A stretch of DNA of 64,000 nucleotides from Candidatus Aenigmatarchaeota archaeon (GCA_016185435.1 JACPNN010000021.1:269-64268); one strand, 5' to 3'. Shown: positions 36,641 through 46,729, numbered from the stretch's first letter. Numbers and translations: made by a program. The notes: generated by a model not told the origin, from the letters alone.

Positions 36641-39475
36641 ATGTCCCTGCTAGCAAAGAAGGATGACTTCAGCCTGCATTCGATTGACGAGTCTGAACTG
36701 AAGATGGCCCTGTCCAGGCTCCAGCATCTGAAAAAGGAGATCTCAAAGGTGGTCATAGGCCAGAATGAGGTCCTGGATCAGCTGCTTATTTCTTTCCTTG
36801 CCAATGGCCACGCCCTGATGGAAAGCTACCCAGGGATGGGGAAAACCCTGATGGTGAAGACCATGGCTGCAGTGACAAGCCTCAGGTTCAGTAGGGTGCA
36901 GTCAACGCCTGACCTTCTCCCTGCCGATATCATAGGAACTTACATAATACAGGACACAGACGGCAGGAAGACCTTCACATTCAAAAAGGGCCCCATATTC
37001 GCGAACATACTGCTTGCCGACGAAATCAACAGGGCGACTCCCAAAACCCAGTCAGCCTTCCTTGAGGCCATGCAGGAGAAGCAGGTGACTGTGGGAAATG
37101 AGACCATGAAGCTTGAGGAGCCTTTTTTTGTGCTTGCAACGCAGAATCCGATAGACATGGAGGGCAGCCTGAGTCCTGAGCAGAAGGTTTTCATCAATGG
37201 CGGGATAAAGACTGGAGAAGAACTTATAGAAGTCGCAAAGAAAATGCCTTTTATCGAATCGAAAAGTTGCAGGATTTACGGTCTCGGAGACTCATACACT
37301 TATTCCTTGGACAGTAAAGGCAGAATTGAAAAGAGAAAATGCGGCCTTTATGTTTTGCCTTATGAGGGCGAGGTGGTTTCGATAAGAACAAGGACAGGCA
37401 GATTGATAAAGGTAACAAAAAACCACCCATTCCTTGTTTCAGAAAATGGACACGTAAAGTGGAAAAGGGCGGAAGAGCTAACGCTTGGCGATTTCCTTAT
37501 TTCTCCTGCTAAACTGCCTCCAGGGGATGAAAGGGAAGAGCTGATGACGCATGGCGAGACCATCGAAGAGTTAAAATCGAGATATAATGTGATTACTCAT
37601 GAGGATTTGCTGGAATTGAGACATATTTCCAAAGGATTTAGCGATTTCTCTTCCCTTGATGGGGCAGGTTTTGACAAGCTCAGAATATCCCTCAGTTTGG
37701 GTGTCAAACAGTTGGCTGCAAATCTTCTGCTAGACAAAAAAGGATACTGGAAGCTTGTTAGGTATTTGAGGGGAAATAGGCGAAATGAAGAATTAAAGAG
37801 GCTGCTGGCAGGGTTCTTCTTGGAGAGCAAGCCTATGCTCAGCGAGGAAACGGATTTCATCGAAAGCTACAGGATAACAAAAATAAGGAGGTTCAGGGCT
37901 GATCCCGATATCGCATTTTTCATCGCATTTCTGCTTTCTGATGGGACTGTTTCCGATGATTATGTCGCTGCCTATCAGAAAAATTATTCCGCATCACTTG
38001 ACAGGTTTATCTCTATTGCAAAAAGGATAGGTCTGGCGGTCGGAATATGTGAGAAAAAGGGTGGGAGAACAGCCAAAATACTTTCCAAGCCTTTTGCAGA
38101 TTACATGAAATTGAGGTTCGGAATTGGGAGACCTTCTTGGCTTCTCTCATTTCCAGAAAAGTTGAGAAAGGAGTTCCTGAGGACATTCATTGCCATGGAA
38201 TCCCATCTTGATTTGAAAAGGAGGAGGATTCTGTTCTCACAAGCCTCAGAGGAAAAAGCGAATCTGATTTCCTATATGCTTCTGAAGGAAGGCATCATTT
38301 CTTGGGCGAGATTCGAGAAAAAAGGGAAGGGCATCTTTAGAATCAAAATACAAGGCAGCGATTTTGCAAGGTACTTGGAGAATATAGGCTGGCTGGAAAA
38401 AACATTCGATTTTCACAAAGAGGGGATTGTAGGAAGCATATCAACCCACAGGACCGTCCCTGTGAGCAAGAAGATGCTGACAGATGTAGTCAAGCTGCTT
38501 GGTTTGGATTCCTTCAGGTTTCCAGGAAGGAAAGAATTTGCCCAAAGAGGCTGGTACAATGCCTACAGAAATGTCAAGGGGGGGAGGGAATACATGTCTG
38601 AAGCTCTGTTCAGGCAGATGATCTCTGATCTGAAAGGGGAAATAGAATACAGAAAATCCATTGACATAAATTCCCTTGTGCGAAAAGAGCCGAGGAAGGC
38701 AGCCGCACTTTGCGGCCTGCCAATGACAGAGATAGCAAAAAATACGGTTTTCAAAAAGCATGAGGTATGGAATCTGTATTCTGGGCAGCAGCATGAGTCG
38801 CATGAGGCCATTTCAGAACATATAGAGATGGTATTTTCCCAAAGGCTCGTTTCTGCCGAAAAGCTCATATCGTATTTTGAAGGCCTCTCCACAGACTTCA
38901 TATTTTACGACAGGATAAGGAGCATGAGATTCGAAAATTATGAAGGCCCTGTCTTTGGCCTGATGGTGCCCGGGACGCACAACTACGTTGCAGGCTTCGG
39001 AGGCTGCGGTATAAACCACAACACATATCCTCTTCCTGAGGCCCAGGTGGACAGGTTTCTGGTCAAGATACTTCTTGACTACCCCAGCAGGGATGAGGAA
39101 AAAATAATAGCGGAGATGTATTCTGCTGTGGAGGGAATTGCAGCTTTGAACCGGGTGATGGACCGCAATGACGTAATGAAGCTGCAGAAGCTCACGAGGA
39201 TGGTTCCTATTTCCACTGAAGTGAGGGACTATGCCCTTGATATAGTCCAGAAAACAAGGAAGCACGAGCACATAGAGTTCGGGGCTTCTCCCAGGGCCTC
39301 GATAGGCCTCATAGTTGCTGCAAAGGCATACGCCTTGCTGAACCAAAGGACATTTGTCAGCAAGAAGGACATACAGTATGTGGCCCTGCCGGTATTGCGG
39401 CACAGGATTATTCTGAATTTCCAGGCCGAGAAAGAGGGTTTGAAGGCGGATGACGTGGTGAAGAAACTTTTGTAA
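36641..39475 (+). CDS. moxR: MoxR AAA+ ATPase interrupted by an intein
   Basis: PGMGKT, TPDLLPADI, DEINRATPKTQSA, TQNPIDMEG/TYPLPEAQVDRF, GASPRA, VLRHRI. Confidence 0.95.
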   Translation: MSLLAKKDDFSLHSIDESELKMALSRLQHLKKEISKVVIGQNEVLDQLLISFLANGHALMESYPGMGKTLMVKTMAAVTSLRFSRVQSTPDLLPADIIGTYIIQDTDGRKTFTFKKGPIFANILLADEINRATPKTQSAFLEAMQEKQVTVGNETMKLEEPFFVLATQNPIDMEGSLSPEQKVFINGGIKTGEELIEVAKKMPFIESKSCRIYGLGDSYTYSLDSKGRIEKRKCGLYVLPYEGEVVSIRTRTGRLIKVTKNHPFLVSENGHVKWKRAEELTLGDFLISPAKLPPGDEREELMTHGETIEELKSRYNVITHEDLLELRHISKGFSDFSSLDGAGFDKLRISLSLGVKQLAANLLLDKKGYWKLVRYLRGNRRNEELKRLLAGFFLESKPMLSEETDFIESYRITKIRRFRADPDIAFFIAFLLSDGTVSDDYVAAYQKNYSASLDRFISIAKRIGLAVGICEKKGGRTAKILSKPFADYMKLRFGIGRPSWLLSFPEKLRKEFLRTFIAMESHLDLKRRRILFSQASEEKANLISYMLLKEGIISWARFEKKGKGIFRIKIQGSDFARYLENIGWLEKTFDFHKEGIVGSISTHRTVPVSKKMLTDVVKLLGLDSFRFPGRKEFAQRGWYNAYRNVKGGREYMSEALFRQMISDLKGEIEYRKSIDINSLVRKEPRKAAALCGLPMTEIAKNTVFKKHEVWNLYSGQQHESHEAISEHIEMVFSQRLVSAEKLISYFEGLSTDFIFYDRIRSMRFENYEGPVFGLMVPGTHNYVAGFGGCGINHNTYPLPEAQVDRFLVKILLDYPSRDEEKIIAEMYSAVEGIAALNRVMDRNDVMKLQKLTRMVPISTEVRDYALDIVQKTRKHEHIEFGASPRASIGLIVAAKAYALLNQRTFVSKKDIQYVALPVLRHRIILNFQAEKEGLKADDVVKKLL
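37166..39022 (+). mobile_element. Intein (619 aa) with LAGLIDADG endonuclease region
   Basis: Starts SLSPEQKV, block B VTKNHPF, FLLSDG, ends GINHN before Thr. Confidence 0.92.
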
Positions 39476-39572
39476 TATTGGTTGCTCAGGGGAAGAATGG
39501 GGATGCGCAGCCTTTGGCTGGCATGCCTTCGCAAAGCGAAGAGCATCGCTGGAAACCCCATGCTGCTGTAAT
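39471..39572. repeat. Small multi-hairpin element related to the 28.7-kb repeats
   Basis: TGTAAT.TTGGTTGCTCAGGGGAA.AATGGGG...CCCCATGCTG shared with 28829-28861 and 29035-29044. Confidence 0.8.
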
Positions 39573-39626
39573 CAGCTCTTATTTTCGATATGCAGTTAAA
39601 TATATTACGGCACATAATTCAATTAT

Positions 39627-40481
39627 ATGCCGATTGATCCATCCTTCCTGAAAGAGCTTGACAAGTTCAGGATAGCCATAAAAAGGAGGGTGCACAGCAA
39701 CCTGAAGGGCTCGAGGGAATCGACTGCCACAGGGGAAGGCCTTGTCTTCGAGGACTATGTGCCCTACACGCCTGGCGATGACATCAGGCACATAGACTGG
39801 AACGTGTTCGCAAGGACTGAAAAGACCTTCATAAAGAGGATGGAAGAGGAGAAGAATTCCATTGTGCATATAGTTCTCGATGCAAGTTCGAGCATGAACT
39901 TCGGGAACAATATAAAAAAATTCGAGTATGGGGCCATGATAGGCCTGGGTTTTGCCTACATGGCTGCAAAGGCCAATGAGAAATTCGAATTCACAGTCTT
40001 TTCCAACAAGCTTGATTTCATCAGGGCCAAGGCAGGCTCAAGGGGCATCATGGGCCTTGTCGAGCAGCTGAACAAGGCTGATATCGGGGGAAAAAGCAAG
40101 CTCAAGGAAAGCCTGCTGGAATACAAGAAGAACATACACTCCAGGTCAATAGTCGTGATAATTTCAGACTTCCTTTATGACATAAATGATATCAGGGAAG
40201 TCTTGTTGAGATACAAGCGAAGCCAGGCATATCTGGTCCAAATTCTGGACCCGGTGGAAAAAAACCTGAAGCTTTCGGGAGACGTCATACTTAAGGATCT
40301 GGAAACAGACACAAGCATGCAGACCTACATCTCGGCCAGGACAAGAGAGCAGTACAGGCAGAGGCTGCAGGAGCATATAATGCGGATAGATGACATATGC
40401 TCGCATCTGGGGGCGAAATTCATTTCGATGACGACCGACCAGCCTGTGTTTGATTCTTTCTACAGGATACTGTTCAATTAG
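39627..40481 (+). CDS. DUF58 vWA-like MoxR partner
   Basis: FEDY.PY.PGDDIRHIDWN, LDASSSM, IISDF. Confidence 0.93.
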   Translation: MPIDPSFLKELDKFRIAIKRRVHSNLKGSRESTATGEGLVFEDYVPYTPGDDIRHIDWNVFARTEKTFIKRMEEEKNSIVHIVLDASSSMNFGNNIKKFEYGAMIGLGFAYMAAKANEKFEFTVFSNKLDFIRAKAGSRGIMGLVEQLNKADIGGKSKLKESLLEYKKNIHSRSIVVIISDFLYDINDIREVLLRYKRSQAYLVQILDPVEKNLKLSGDVILKDLETDTSMQTYISARTREQYRQRLQEHIMRIDDICSHLGAKFISMTTDQPVFDSFYRILFN

Positions 40482-41184
40482 GCGTTGCCATTCTCCAGAG
40501 AACATTGAACTGGCTCAGGTAGGATTTCGCTATGTCGCTGTTGTTAATGAGGATCTGGATGTAAGGCTCCTTCCAGATGAACAGGGCCACCTTGTCGCCA
40601 TAGATGAGCATGCTTGAAAGGAGAATGTACTTTTTAGGCAGGTATCTGTATTCGCCCCTTTCCGCTTCTATTATTTTTTCCCCATCGACCATTATATGTC
40701 TTTCTTTTAGGCCTTTTTTGTTCATTCTGCTGACGAATTGTTCTATATACAGGGGCATGATGTCCTCGAACCTCTTGATAGTTCCTATACCCACGAAATC
40801 ATGCCCTTGCTTAATGATATCACTCAAGATGGTCTTTATGCCTTCTTTTCCTTTGTACACTTCCACAGCCACATCTGTTTTGTACTTCTCTTTCAATTTG
40901 ATTAGCTCAGGCATTAGCTTTTCTACAGCATCAATTTTCTCAACAAGATATTCTTTGAGTCTCTCGGGATCAGCCGCCTGGAAATATTGCCTGTTCTCTT
41001 CTGCCATCTGGCTGACCAGGCCTTTTTCCCTCAGTTTTTCGATAAGATCGTATATGTAGGTTCTATGTATCCCTGTTTCCTTCGTCAAGGTTGTCACTGT
41101 GGCCTTTCCCAATCTCAACAAAGCAAGGTATATATCTGCCTCGCTCTTGCCCAGTCCGATATCAATTAGCTTTTCCTTGTCCAT
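40474..41184 (-). CDS. TrmB-family transcriptional regulator
   Basis: E..IYLALL, HRTYIYD...L.EKGLV, VYKGKEGI, IYGDKV. Confidence 0.9.
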   Translation of the reverse strand: MDKEKLIDIGLGKSEADIYLALLRLGKATVTTLTKETGIHRTYIYDLIEKLREKGLVSQMAEENRQYFQAADPERLKEYLVEKIDAVEKLMPELIKLKEKYKTDVAVEVYKGKEGIKTILSDIIKQGHDFVGIGTIKRFEDIMPLYIEQFVSRMNKKGLKERHIMVDGEKIIEAERGEYRYLPKKYILLSSMLIYGDKVALFIWKEPYIQILINNSDIAKSYLSQFNVLWRMATPN

Positions 41185-41282
41185 TATTATTTGTTGTCTC
41201 TTTTACTATTTAATGTTTTCGTCTTTTTTAAGACAACAAAAGTATTAATAGTCTATAGATTACTATCAAATAGTGATAAAAT

Positions 41283-42107
41283 ATGATAACAAAAAAACGA
41301 GTAGGCTATCAGGAAGCAGTGGAGAAGCTGAAACATAACAGCCTCGATTCGCCTCTTGGTGAAGAGCTGTCAGATAAAATCTACCAGTTTACTGAAGGCC
41401 TGCTGCAATACATCGATGACAGCGGTTTAATGGATAGGGTATGGTTCAATTCTACTGATATTGATGAAAAAGAAGAAATCCGCTCAACTACTGACAATCT
41501 TAATGTGGTGGTATGGAGACCAGATGAAAGGGGCTATGCCAAGACAGGGGCAAGCATTTATGGGCGTACTGAAGTGCTTAAACCAGAGACAAGAGACGAG
41601 CTTCTTTATGCACTTGAAAAATTGTCCGAAGATTCTCGCTACCAGAATTTGGGCCATCTTAGGGATAGGGCAGAATCAATGAAACCGGGTGCTTATGTCA
41701 CCCTGGAGTCTCATATACCTGCAGAATGCGGGGAAAAGCTTACAATCAGTAATTGGATAACTTTATGCAAAGCAGGGCCTCTTAAAGAAACAGAATCATG
41801 GGAAAAAATCAGCGAAGCTGCCAGGAATATGGCCCAGTATGGTATATCGAAAGGCAATGTGAATATGAGAATCAATTACTACACTCCCAAAGAGTTTGAG
41901 CAAGAAAGAGAAGGCGAGAAAACACTAAAGTGGCAGATAGAGTATATCAAAACATTCGATGAAGTTAAGGAAGAGAGTATCACCCTCGAAGCAGAGATGG
42001 ATGGCCCAATCGTTTCTGAGAAAAAACTCATTGTGAGCGGTTACCCGCACAGCATAGGTGCTGAGAACATGCTTAGCCGACTTTTCCTGTTTTCAAGGAT
42101 TATTTGA
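41283..42107 (+). CDS. Hypothetical protein divergent from TrmB regulator
   Basis: 274-aa ORF, no motif recognised. Confidence 0.7.
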   Translation: MITKKRVGYQEAVEKLKHNSLDSPLGEELSDKIYQFTEGLLQYIDDSGLMDRVWFNSTDIDEKEEIRSTTDNLNVVVWRPDERGYAKTGASIYGRTEVLKPETRDELLYALEKLSEDSRYQNLGHLRDRAESMKPGAYVTLESHIPAECGEKLTISNWITLCKAGPLKETESWEKISEAARNMAQYGISKGNVNMRINYYTPKEFEQEREGEKTLKWQIEYIKTFDEVKEESITLEAEMDGPIVSEKKLIVSGYPHSIGAENMLSRLFLFSRII

Positions 42108-42387
42108 GAGTTGAAAGAGATATTCTGTGGTTTCTGGCTGACGGGGTTTATTTTCTCGACAAATGGCCTCCAACTGCAAATGCTTTATTTGGGATCAGTT
42201 TGAGAAACCTAGAAAGCATTCCTTGAAAAGGAGCAAAGAGTTCTTCCACTTCAGGAACAAGACAATAAGGCTGCTTGGGGATTACAGGTGAAGACGCTGC
42301 TATTTGGGAGGGGAAATGTACAGCAAAGTCCACTCCTTGCGGCAAACTGCGAAGCCCTATTAATATAAGGGCCTAAAAAATCATATT

Positions 42388-43323
42388 ATGAGGTCCTATT
42401 TCCTTCTCATTTTCCTCCTCCTTCCGGCGATTTCCGGCGCTGAGGAAATCTCCCTTTATTCCGTAAAGTATTCGGTGCAGGAAGACCTCTCAGTCCATGA
42501 GACAATAAGAATCACTTATGCTTCGCCTTTTCAGTCCGGGGAGAGCACATACATAATATTGGGCGATTTTTCAGGGCTGGAAATAAAGGCCGATGGAAGG
42601 CAAATCGCATACAGCGTGAAGGACTACGGGGACTCAAAAAAGGTTGAATTTGCCGTTCCGAAAGGAGCCGAAAGCCTGCTGATAGGTTTCCAGACAAAGG
42701 AGCTTGTGTTCAGGAACGAGAATGCCTACAGCTTCCAGGCATACTTCAATCCACCTGACAATGTCGGCCTTCTTAAAATAGAGATCGAACTGCCCGAAGG
42801 ATATTCCCTGTACAGAAACTTTGTTTCCCCTGAAAATTCCAGCATTGTATCAGATGGAAAAAAGATTAAGTTTTTATGGAATTTTTCTAGAAAAACAGGG
42901 GAGATACCGGTTTCCCTTGCCTTCTATCCTTCAGGAAAGATTTATTATCCCCTTTTTTATATTATCATTCTCTTTGCCTTAATCGTGATTTTTCTCCTCA
43001 TTTTCTATTTCAGAAAGAGGGTGAAGGAAGAATTCCTTGCAGGATTCACAGAAGAGGAAAAGAAGGTTATAGAGCATCTGAAAGAAAACAAGACAGTATA
43101 CCAAGACAAAATCAGCAAGCAATTCGGCTTCACAAGGGCCAAGACAACAAGGATGATGAAGAGGTTCGAGGAGAAAGGCCTGATAGAGAAATTGCCTGTG
43201 GGGAGGAAGAATAAGGTAACATGGATTTTTGGAAAGAAAAGGGAGCAGAAAGCTGAAAAAAAAGGAAAAAATGAGCAGGAAGGCAGGGAAAAGGACGCCA
43301 CAGGATGGGGGAACTATTCATAA
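42388..43323 (+). CDS. Membrane-spanning regulator with C-terminal wHTH
   Basis: Signal peptide, beta domain, TM, then YQDKI...TRAKTTRMMKRFEEKGLI...GRKNKV. Confidence 0.82.
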   Translation: MRSYFLLIFLLLPAISGAEEISLYSVKYSVQEDLSVHETIRITYASPFQSGESTYIILGDFSGLEIKADGRQIAYSVKDYGDSKKVEFAVPKGAESLLIGFQTKELVFRNENAYSFQAYFNPPDNVGLLKIEIELPEGYSLYRNFVSPENSSIVSDGKKIKFLWNFSRKTGEIPVSLAFYPSGKIYYPLFYIIILFALIVIFLLIFYFRKRVKEEFLAGFTEEEKKVIEHLKENKTVYQDKISKQFGFTRAKTTRMMKRFEEKGLIEKLPVGRKNKVTWIFGKKREQKAEKKGKNEQEGREKDATGWGNYS

Positions 43324-43369
43324 TTCCCTGCTGCCAAATGAATATATAATTTACTTCTACATTGCAGCT

Positions 43370-43618
43370 ATGGAGAAATACAGGGCAGTCATCCTCAGAT
43401 GGGACAAAACGGAAGGGCTGAAAAGGGAGCCTTTGCTGTATGAGGGGAAAGAGATTTATGCCGAGTCATTTGATCCTTTCAGGGCAAGGGATAGTTTCAG
43501 AAGATTCGTGAATGACTTCATAAAGGATACCAGAAGTATAGATGTATATGCACTTCCACTGGATGAGGTTGACGGCCAATACATAAAACTGGCTGTCCTG
43601 CCTGTTCTGGAGCAGTGA
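43370..43618 (+). CDS. Hypothetical protein
   Basis: ATG downstream of TATA-like AATATATAA. Confidence 0.55.
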   Translation: MEKYRAVILRWDKTEGLKREPLLYEGKEIYAESFDPFRARDSFRRFVNDFIKDTRSIDVYALPLDEVDGQYIKLAVLPVLEQ

Positions 43619-43692
43619 GCCGATGTTTCGCCATGTTTCAGCGAGTTTTTATCTGGGCGAAACAATATATCTTAATGAGGGTGATTTGAAAA

Positions 43693-44721
43693 ATGAAAAC
43701 TATGGCAATTGCTGTGCTTGCCATCCTGCTGATTTCGGCAGGTGCGTTTGCGCAGCTCGGTGAGCAGAGACAGCTTCCGAAACCGGTGATAAAGACTATC
43801 GGAGTGATGGGCCAGGGCCTGGCGGTATCGCAGCAAAGTGCCTCTGATTTCGAGAGGGTGCAGATTGCGATAGTGAGAGTGGCCGTAAGCCTTGCTGACG
43901 ACAGTAAGGCGGTTGAAACAGGGATACTGAAGATAGGTGGAGAGACATACAGGCTCAGGAATGTGAGCATATCCAACGCTTCAGCTACAGCGGACCTCTA
44001 CAGAAACGGCACGCAGGTCGGAACCCTGAGCGTGGCAGCTACTGTCAGGAGCGAGCATGAGGTGTGGTTCGGCAGCCTTGAGATAAGCGGCAAGCTCTAC
44101 AACCTTTACATCCTCGGCATAGAGAGGAAAGTGAAGCCGCTGGAGAAGGCAGAGAATATCAGGGAGGAATGCAAAGAGAACCCGGAGAAATGCAAGGAAA
44201 TAGCCAAAGGGATCGGGAACATCTGCGACAACGAAGGCAGCGAGAACTGCAGGGACAAGATAAAGGAGTACTGCGAGAAGAACCCTGAGGACAACAGATG
44301 CGTGGCTGTTTTCAGGGATTACTGCGTGACGCACACGGATGACGAGAGATGCAGGAACCATCTGAGAGACTTTTGCAAGGATAATCCCGGAGATGAGAAA
44401 TGCAAAGGATTCTGCAAGGAGCATCCGCTTGTCTGTGTGAAGGCCGAGACAAAAGAGGCGGCAGAGGCAGTGAAGGAAGCGAGACAGGAAGTGAAAGAGG
44501 CAGCCAAAATAAGGCAGGAAGTCATGAAGAAGCAGCGGGAAGAGATGCAGAAGAGGATGGAGAAAGTCAAGGAAAGGGCCAAGCAGCAGAGGAGAGTGGT
44601 GGGAGAAGGCATAAACCCTCCTGTTGTTGAACCCGCAGCAACCGTATCAGGAACAGTCCAGGGTGGTGCAGGAGCGAATGCGACAGTGATAGCCACTATA
44701 GATACAGGACTGGGAGGCTAG
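43693..44721 (+). CDS. Secreted protein with Cys-rich repeats and coiled coil
   Basis: GAGGTGAT RBS, signal peptide, repeats such as YCEKNPEDNRC, YCVTHTDDERC, FCKDNPGDEKC. Confidence 0.8.
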   Translation: MKTMAIAVLAILLISAGAFAQLGEQRQLPKPVIKTIGVMGQGLAVSQQSASDFERVQIAIVRVAVSLADDSKAVETGILKIGGETYRLRNVSISNASATADLYRNGTQVGTLSVAATVRSEHEVWFGSLEISGKLYNLYILGIERKVKPLEKAENIREECKENPEKCKEIAKGIGNICDNEGSENCRDKIKEYCEKNPEDNRCVAVFRDYCVTHTDDERCRNHLRDFCKDNPGDEKCKGFCKEHPLVCVKAETKEAAEAVKEARQEVKEAAKIRQEVMKKQREEMQKRMEKVKERAKQQRRVVGEGINPPVVEPAATVSGTVQGGAGANATVIATIDTGLGG

Positions 44722-44722
44722 C

Positions 44723-44965
44723 ATGGACAGCAAGCTTGTGGCTGTTGCGGCAGCACTCATCGTGGTAGTTGCAGCAGCCATTTTTGTCGCCATGCAGAGG
44801 CCACCAGAGGTAAATCAGGGACCTGCAGAGACGCCAGTGCAGCAAGCTCCCGTGACAGGCGAGATTACAGAGGACCAGGCAGCGCAGGCGGCCGAGCAGG
44901 AGCTTGACAGCTCCCTTCAGGAGATCAGCACAGGAGAGCTGGAACAAGCGTTGCTCTCTCAGTAG
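44723..44965 (+). CDS. Small membrane-anchored acidic protein
   Basis: N-terminal TM, 1 bp after previous gene, T-rich terminator follows. Confidence 0.75.
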   Translation: MDSKLVAVAAALIVVVAAAIFVAMQRPPEVNQGPAETPVQQAPVTGEITEDQAAQAAEQELDSSLQEISTGELEQALLSQ

Positions 44966-45029
44966 TTTGATCCAAAAACTTTTTTCTTTTTTCCTTTTGT
45001 TTTTATTCTGAACAGCGGAAATAGGGAAT

Positions 45030-45599
45030 ATGCCAAAACAAGATACAAGGCGATGCGAATGGGCCAGAAGCGGCCTGATGATAAGATACCATGACACCGA
45101 ATGGGGCGTGCCTGTCCACGATGACAGGATGCTTTTCGAGCCGCTCGTTCTTCAGGGATTCCAGGCCGGACTTTCCTGGGAGACCATACTGAAAAAAAGA
45201 AAGAATTTCAGAAAGACCTTTGGTAATTTCAATGCAGATAAAATTGCTTCCTACACTGAAAAAGATGTGAAGAGGCTGCTGGCAGATGAGGGCATAATAA
45301 GGAACAAGTTGAAGATAGAGGCTGCAGTAAACAATGCTCAAAGGTTTCTTGAGGTGCAGAAGGAATTCGGCTCCTTTGACAAATATATCTGGCAATTTGT
45401 GGGCTACAGAGCCATTAAAAATTCTTTCAGCTCTTTATCAGAGCTTCCGGCCCAAACAACAGAATCAGGTGTAATGAGCGAAGACCTCAGGAAGAGGGGC
45501 TTCAGGTTTGCGGGCCCGACAATCTGTTATGCCATGATGCAGGCTGTCGGGATGGCGAATGATCATCTTGTGCACTGTTTCAGGCATAATAAAATATGA
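45030..45599 (+). CDS. tag: DNA-3-methyladenine glycosylase I
   Basis: RCEWA, YHDTEWG, FQAGLSW, IIRNKLKI, NDHLVHCF. Confidence 0.93.
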   Translation: MPKQDTRRCEWARSGLMIRYHDTEWGVPVHDDRMLFEPLVLQGFQAGLSWETILKKRKNFRKTFGNFNADKIASYTEKDVKRLLADEGIIRNKLKIEAAVNNAQRFLEVQKEFGSFDKYIWQFVGYRAIKNSFSSLSELPAQTTESGVMSEDLRKRGFRFAGPTICYAMMQAVGMANDHLVHCFRHNKI

Positions 45600-45601
45600 T
45601 A

Positions 45602-46285
45602 TCACAATCTTGCCAGCCCATAAATAGCAACCTTCTTCCCCAGCCTGTATGCCCAGCAGCTGTCGCCGTAGCTCCAGTGCCACCATTCGCCCGGATAATT
45701 GGTGAAGCCTGCGCCGGACATTGATTTTATCAGGATTTCCCTGTTTTGCCTTGCTTCCCCTGAAATTAATCTGGAATATGTGCCAGACACTTTCATGGCT
45801 TCAGGAGAGGGCCATTTGAAAGGGGAAGTCATGTCTATTGGCCTTCCTTCGGAAGTGCAGACTGTGAGATCAACCGCCCCGCCTGTGCAGTGGCCAGGAG
45901 GTGTTCTTGCATCAGGGGGATGGACATATTTGTTTGCTTCTCTTCTGAGAACGTGATATGGCCACTCTGGATGCTCTTTTTTGAGCATTTCCATTATCCT
46001 TTCATATGCTTTCTTCTGCTCTTCTATTGTCCTGTATGCGCTGAGAAGAAGAAAACTGTAATTTTTTGGAAGAAAAGAAGCAGCTTCTGAAAGCATAAGC
46101 GCAACTGTTTTTCTCAGATAGAACTTCCTGGCCTTCGGATCTTCTATCGGACATATGTCCCATTTTTCCCTGTCGTTCCTCACAAACAGATGTTTGCAGG
46201 CCTTCGAAATATCAGTAAGAAGCTCTCCATTGTCCCTGATTATTATTTTGTCCAACTCTGACAGGGGTTCGGAAAACCTGAACAT
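45602..46285 (-). CDS. M15 D-Ala-D-Ala dipeptidase (VanX/DdpX-like)
   Basis: AYR...Q, GHCTGGAVDLT, GEWWHWSYG. Confidence 0.88.
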   Translation of the reverse strand: MFRFSEPLSELDKIIIRDNGELLTDISKACKHLFVRNDREKWDICPIEDPKARKFYLRKTVALMLSEAASFLPKNYSFLLLSAYRTIEEQKKAYERIMEMLKKEHPEWPYHVLRREANKYVHPPDARTPPGHCTGGAVDLTVCTSEGRPIDMTSPFKWPSPEAMKVSGTYSRLISGEARQNREILIKSMSGAGFTNYPGEWWHWSYGDSCWAYRLGKKVAIYGLARL

Positions 46286-46342
46286 AAGAAAAATAAGGAA
46301 GCTGCAAATAAGTATTAATAGGGCCTAGGAAGAAATATCTAT

Positions 46343-46729
46343 ATGCACCCGAAGATGAGCAGGTTCGGGGACGCGAAGGCCGAGATAAAGAAGGCCTCAT
46401 CGCTTCCCGGAGCCGAGTTCCTGGATAAGGCCTACAGAATCCTGTATTCCAGATGCAAATACACAGGGTTCGGCCTTTTTGGAGAGAACGGCCAGAAGGC
46501 TGTTTTCGGGGCTATTGGAGCGGATTCTGAAAAAGCAATTGAAAAGGCAAAAGCATCCGGTAAAATATCGACCTCAGGGAAGGCCATTTCAGCTCCCATA
46601 GGAAACAATGGCAATGTACTGGCATATATGGCGATAGAGAGCTTCCTGCCTTTCTTTGATGACCTTGACAGGAATATTGTCGAGTTCTTGGCAAAGACGC
46701 TGGAGGAGAAGATGGGGGAGCTGCAATAA
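46343..46729 (+). CDS. Small GAF-like protein, copy 1
   Basis: ISAPI...IES...FDDLD..I.E.LA GAF-like C-terminus. Confidence 0.6.
   Translation: MHPKMSRFGDAKAEIKKASSLPGAEFLDKAYRILYSRCKYTGFGLFGENGQKAVFGAIGADSEKAIEKAKASGKISTSGKAISAPIGNNGNVLAYMAIESFLPFFDDLDRNIVEFLAKTLEEKMGELQ

Noticed and set aside
44723-44965. Pup candidate (small, acidic, ends in Q)
   Set aside because: Has an N-terminal TM helix and lacks the GG[EQ] terminus
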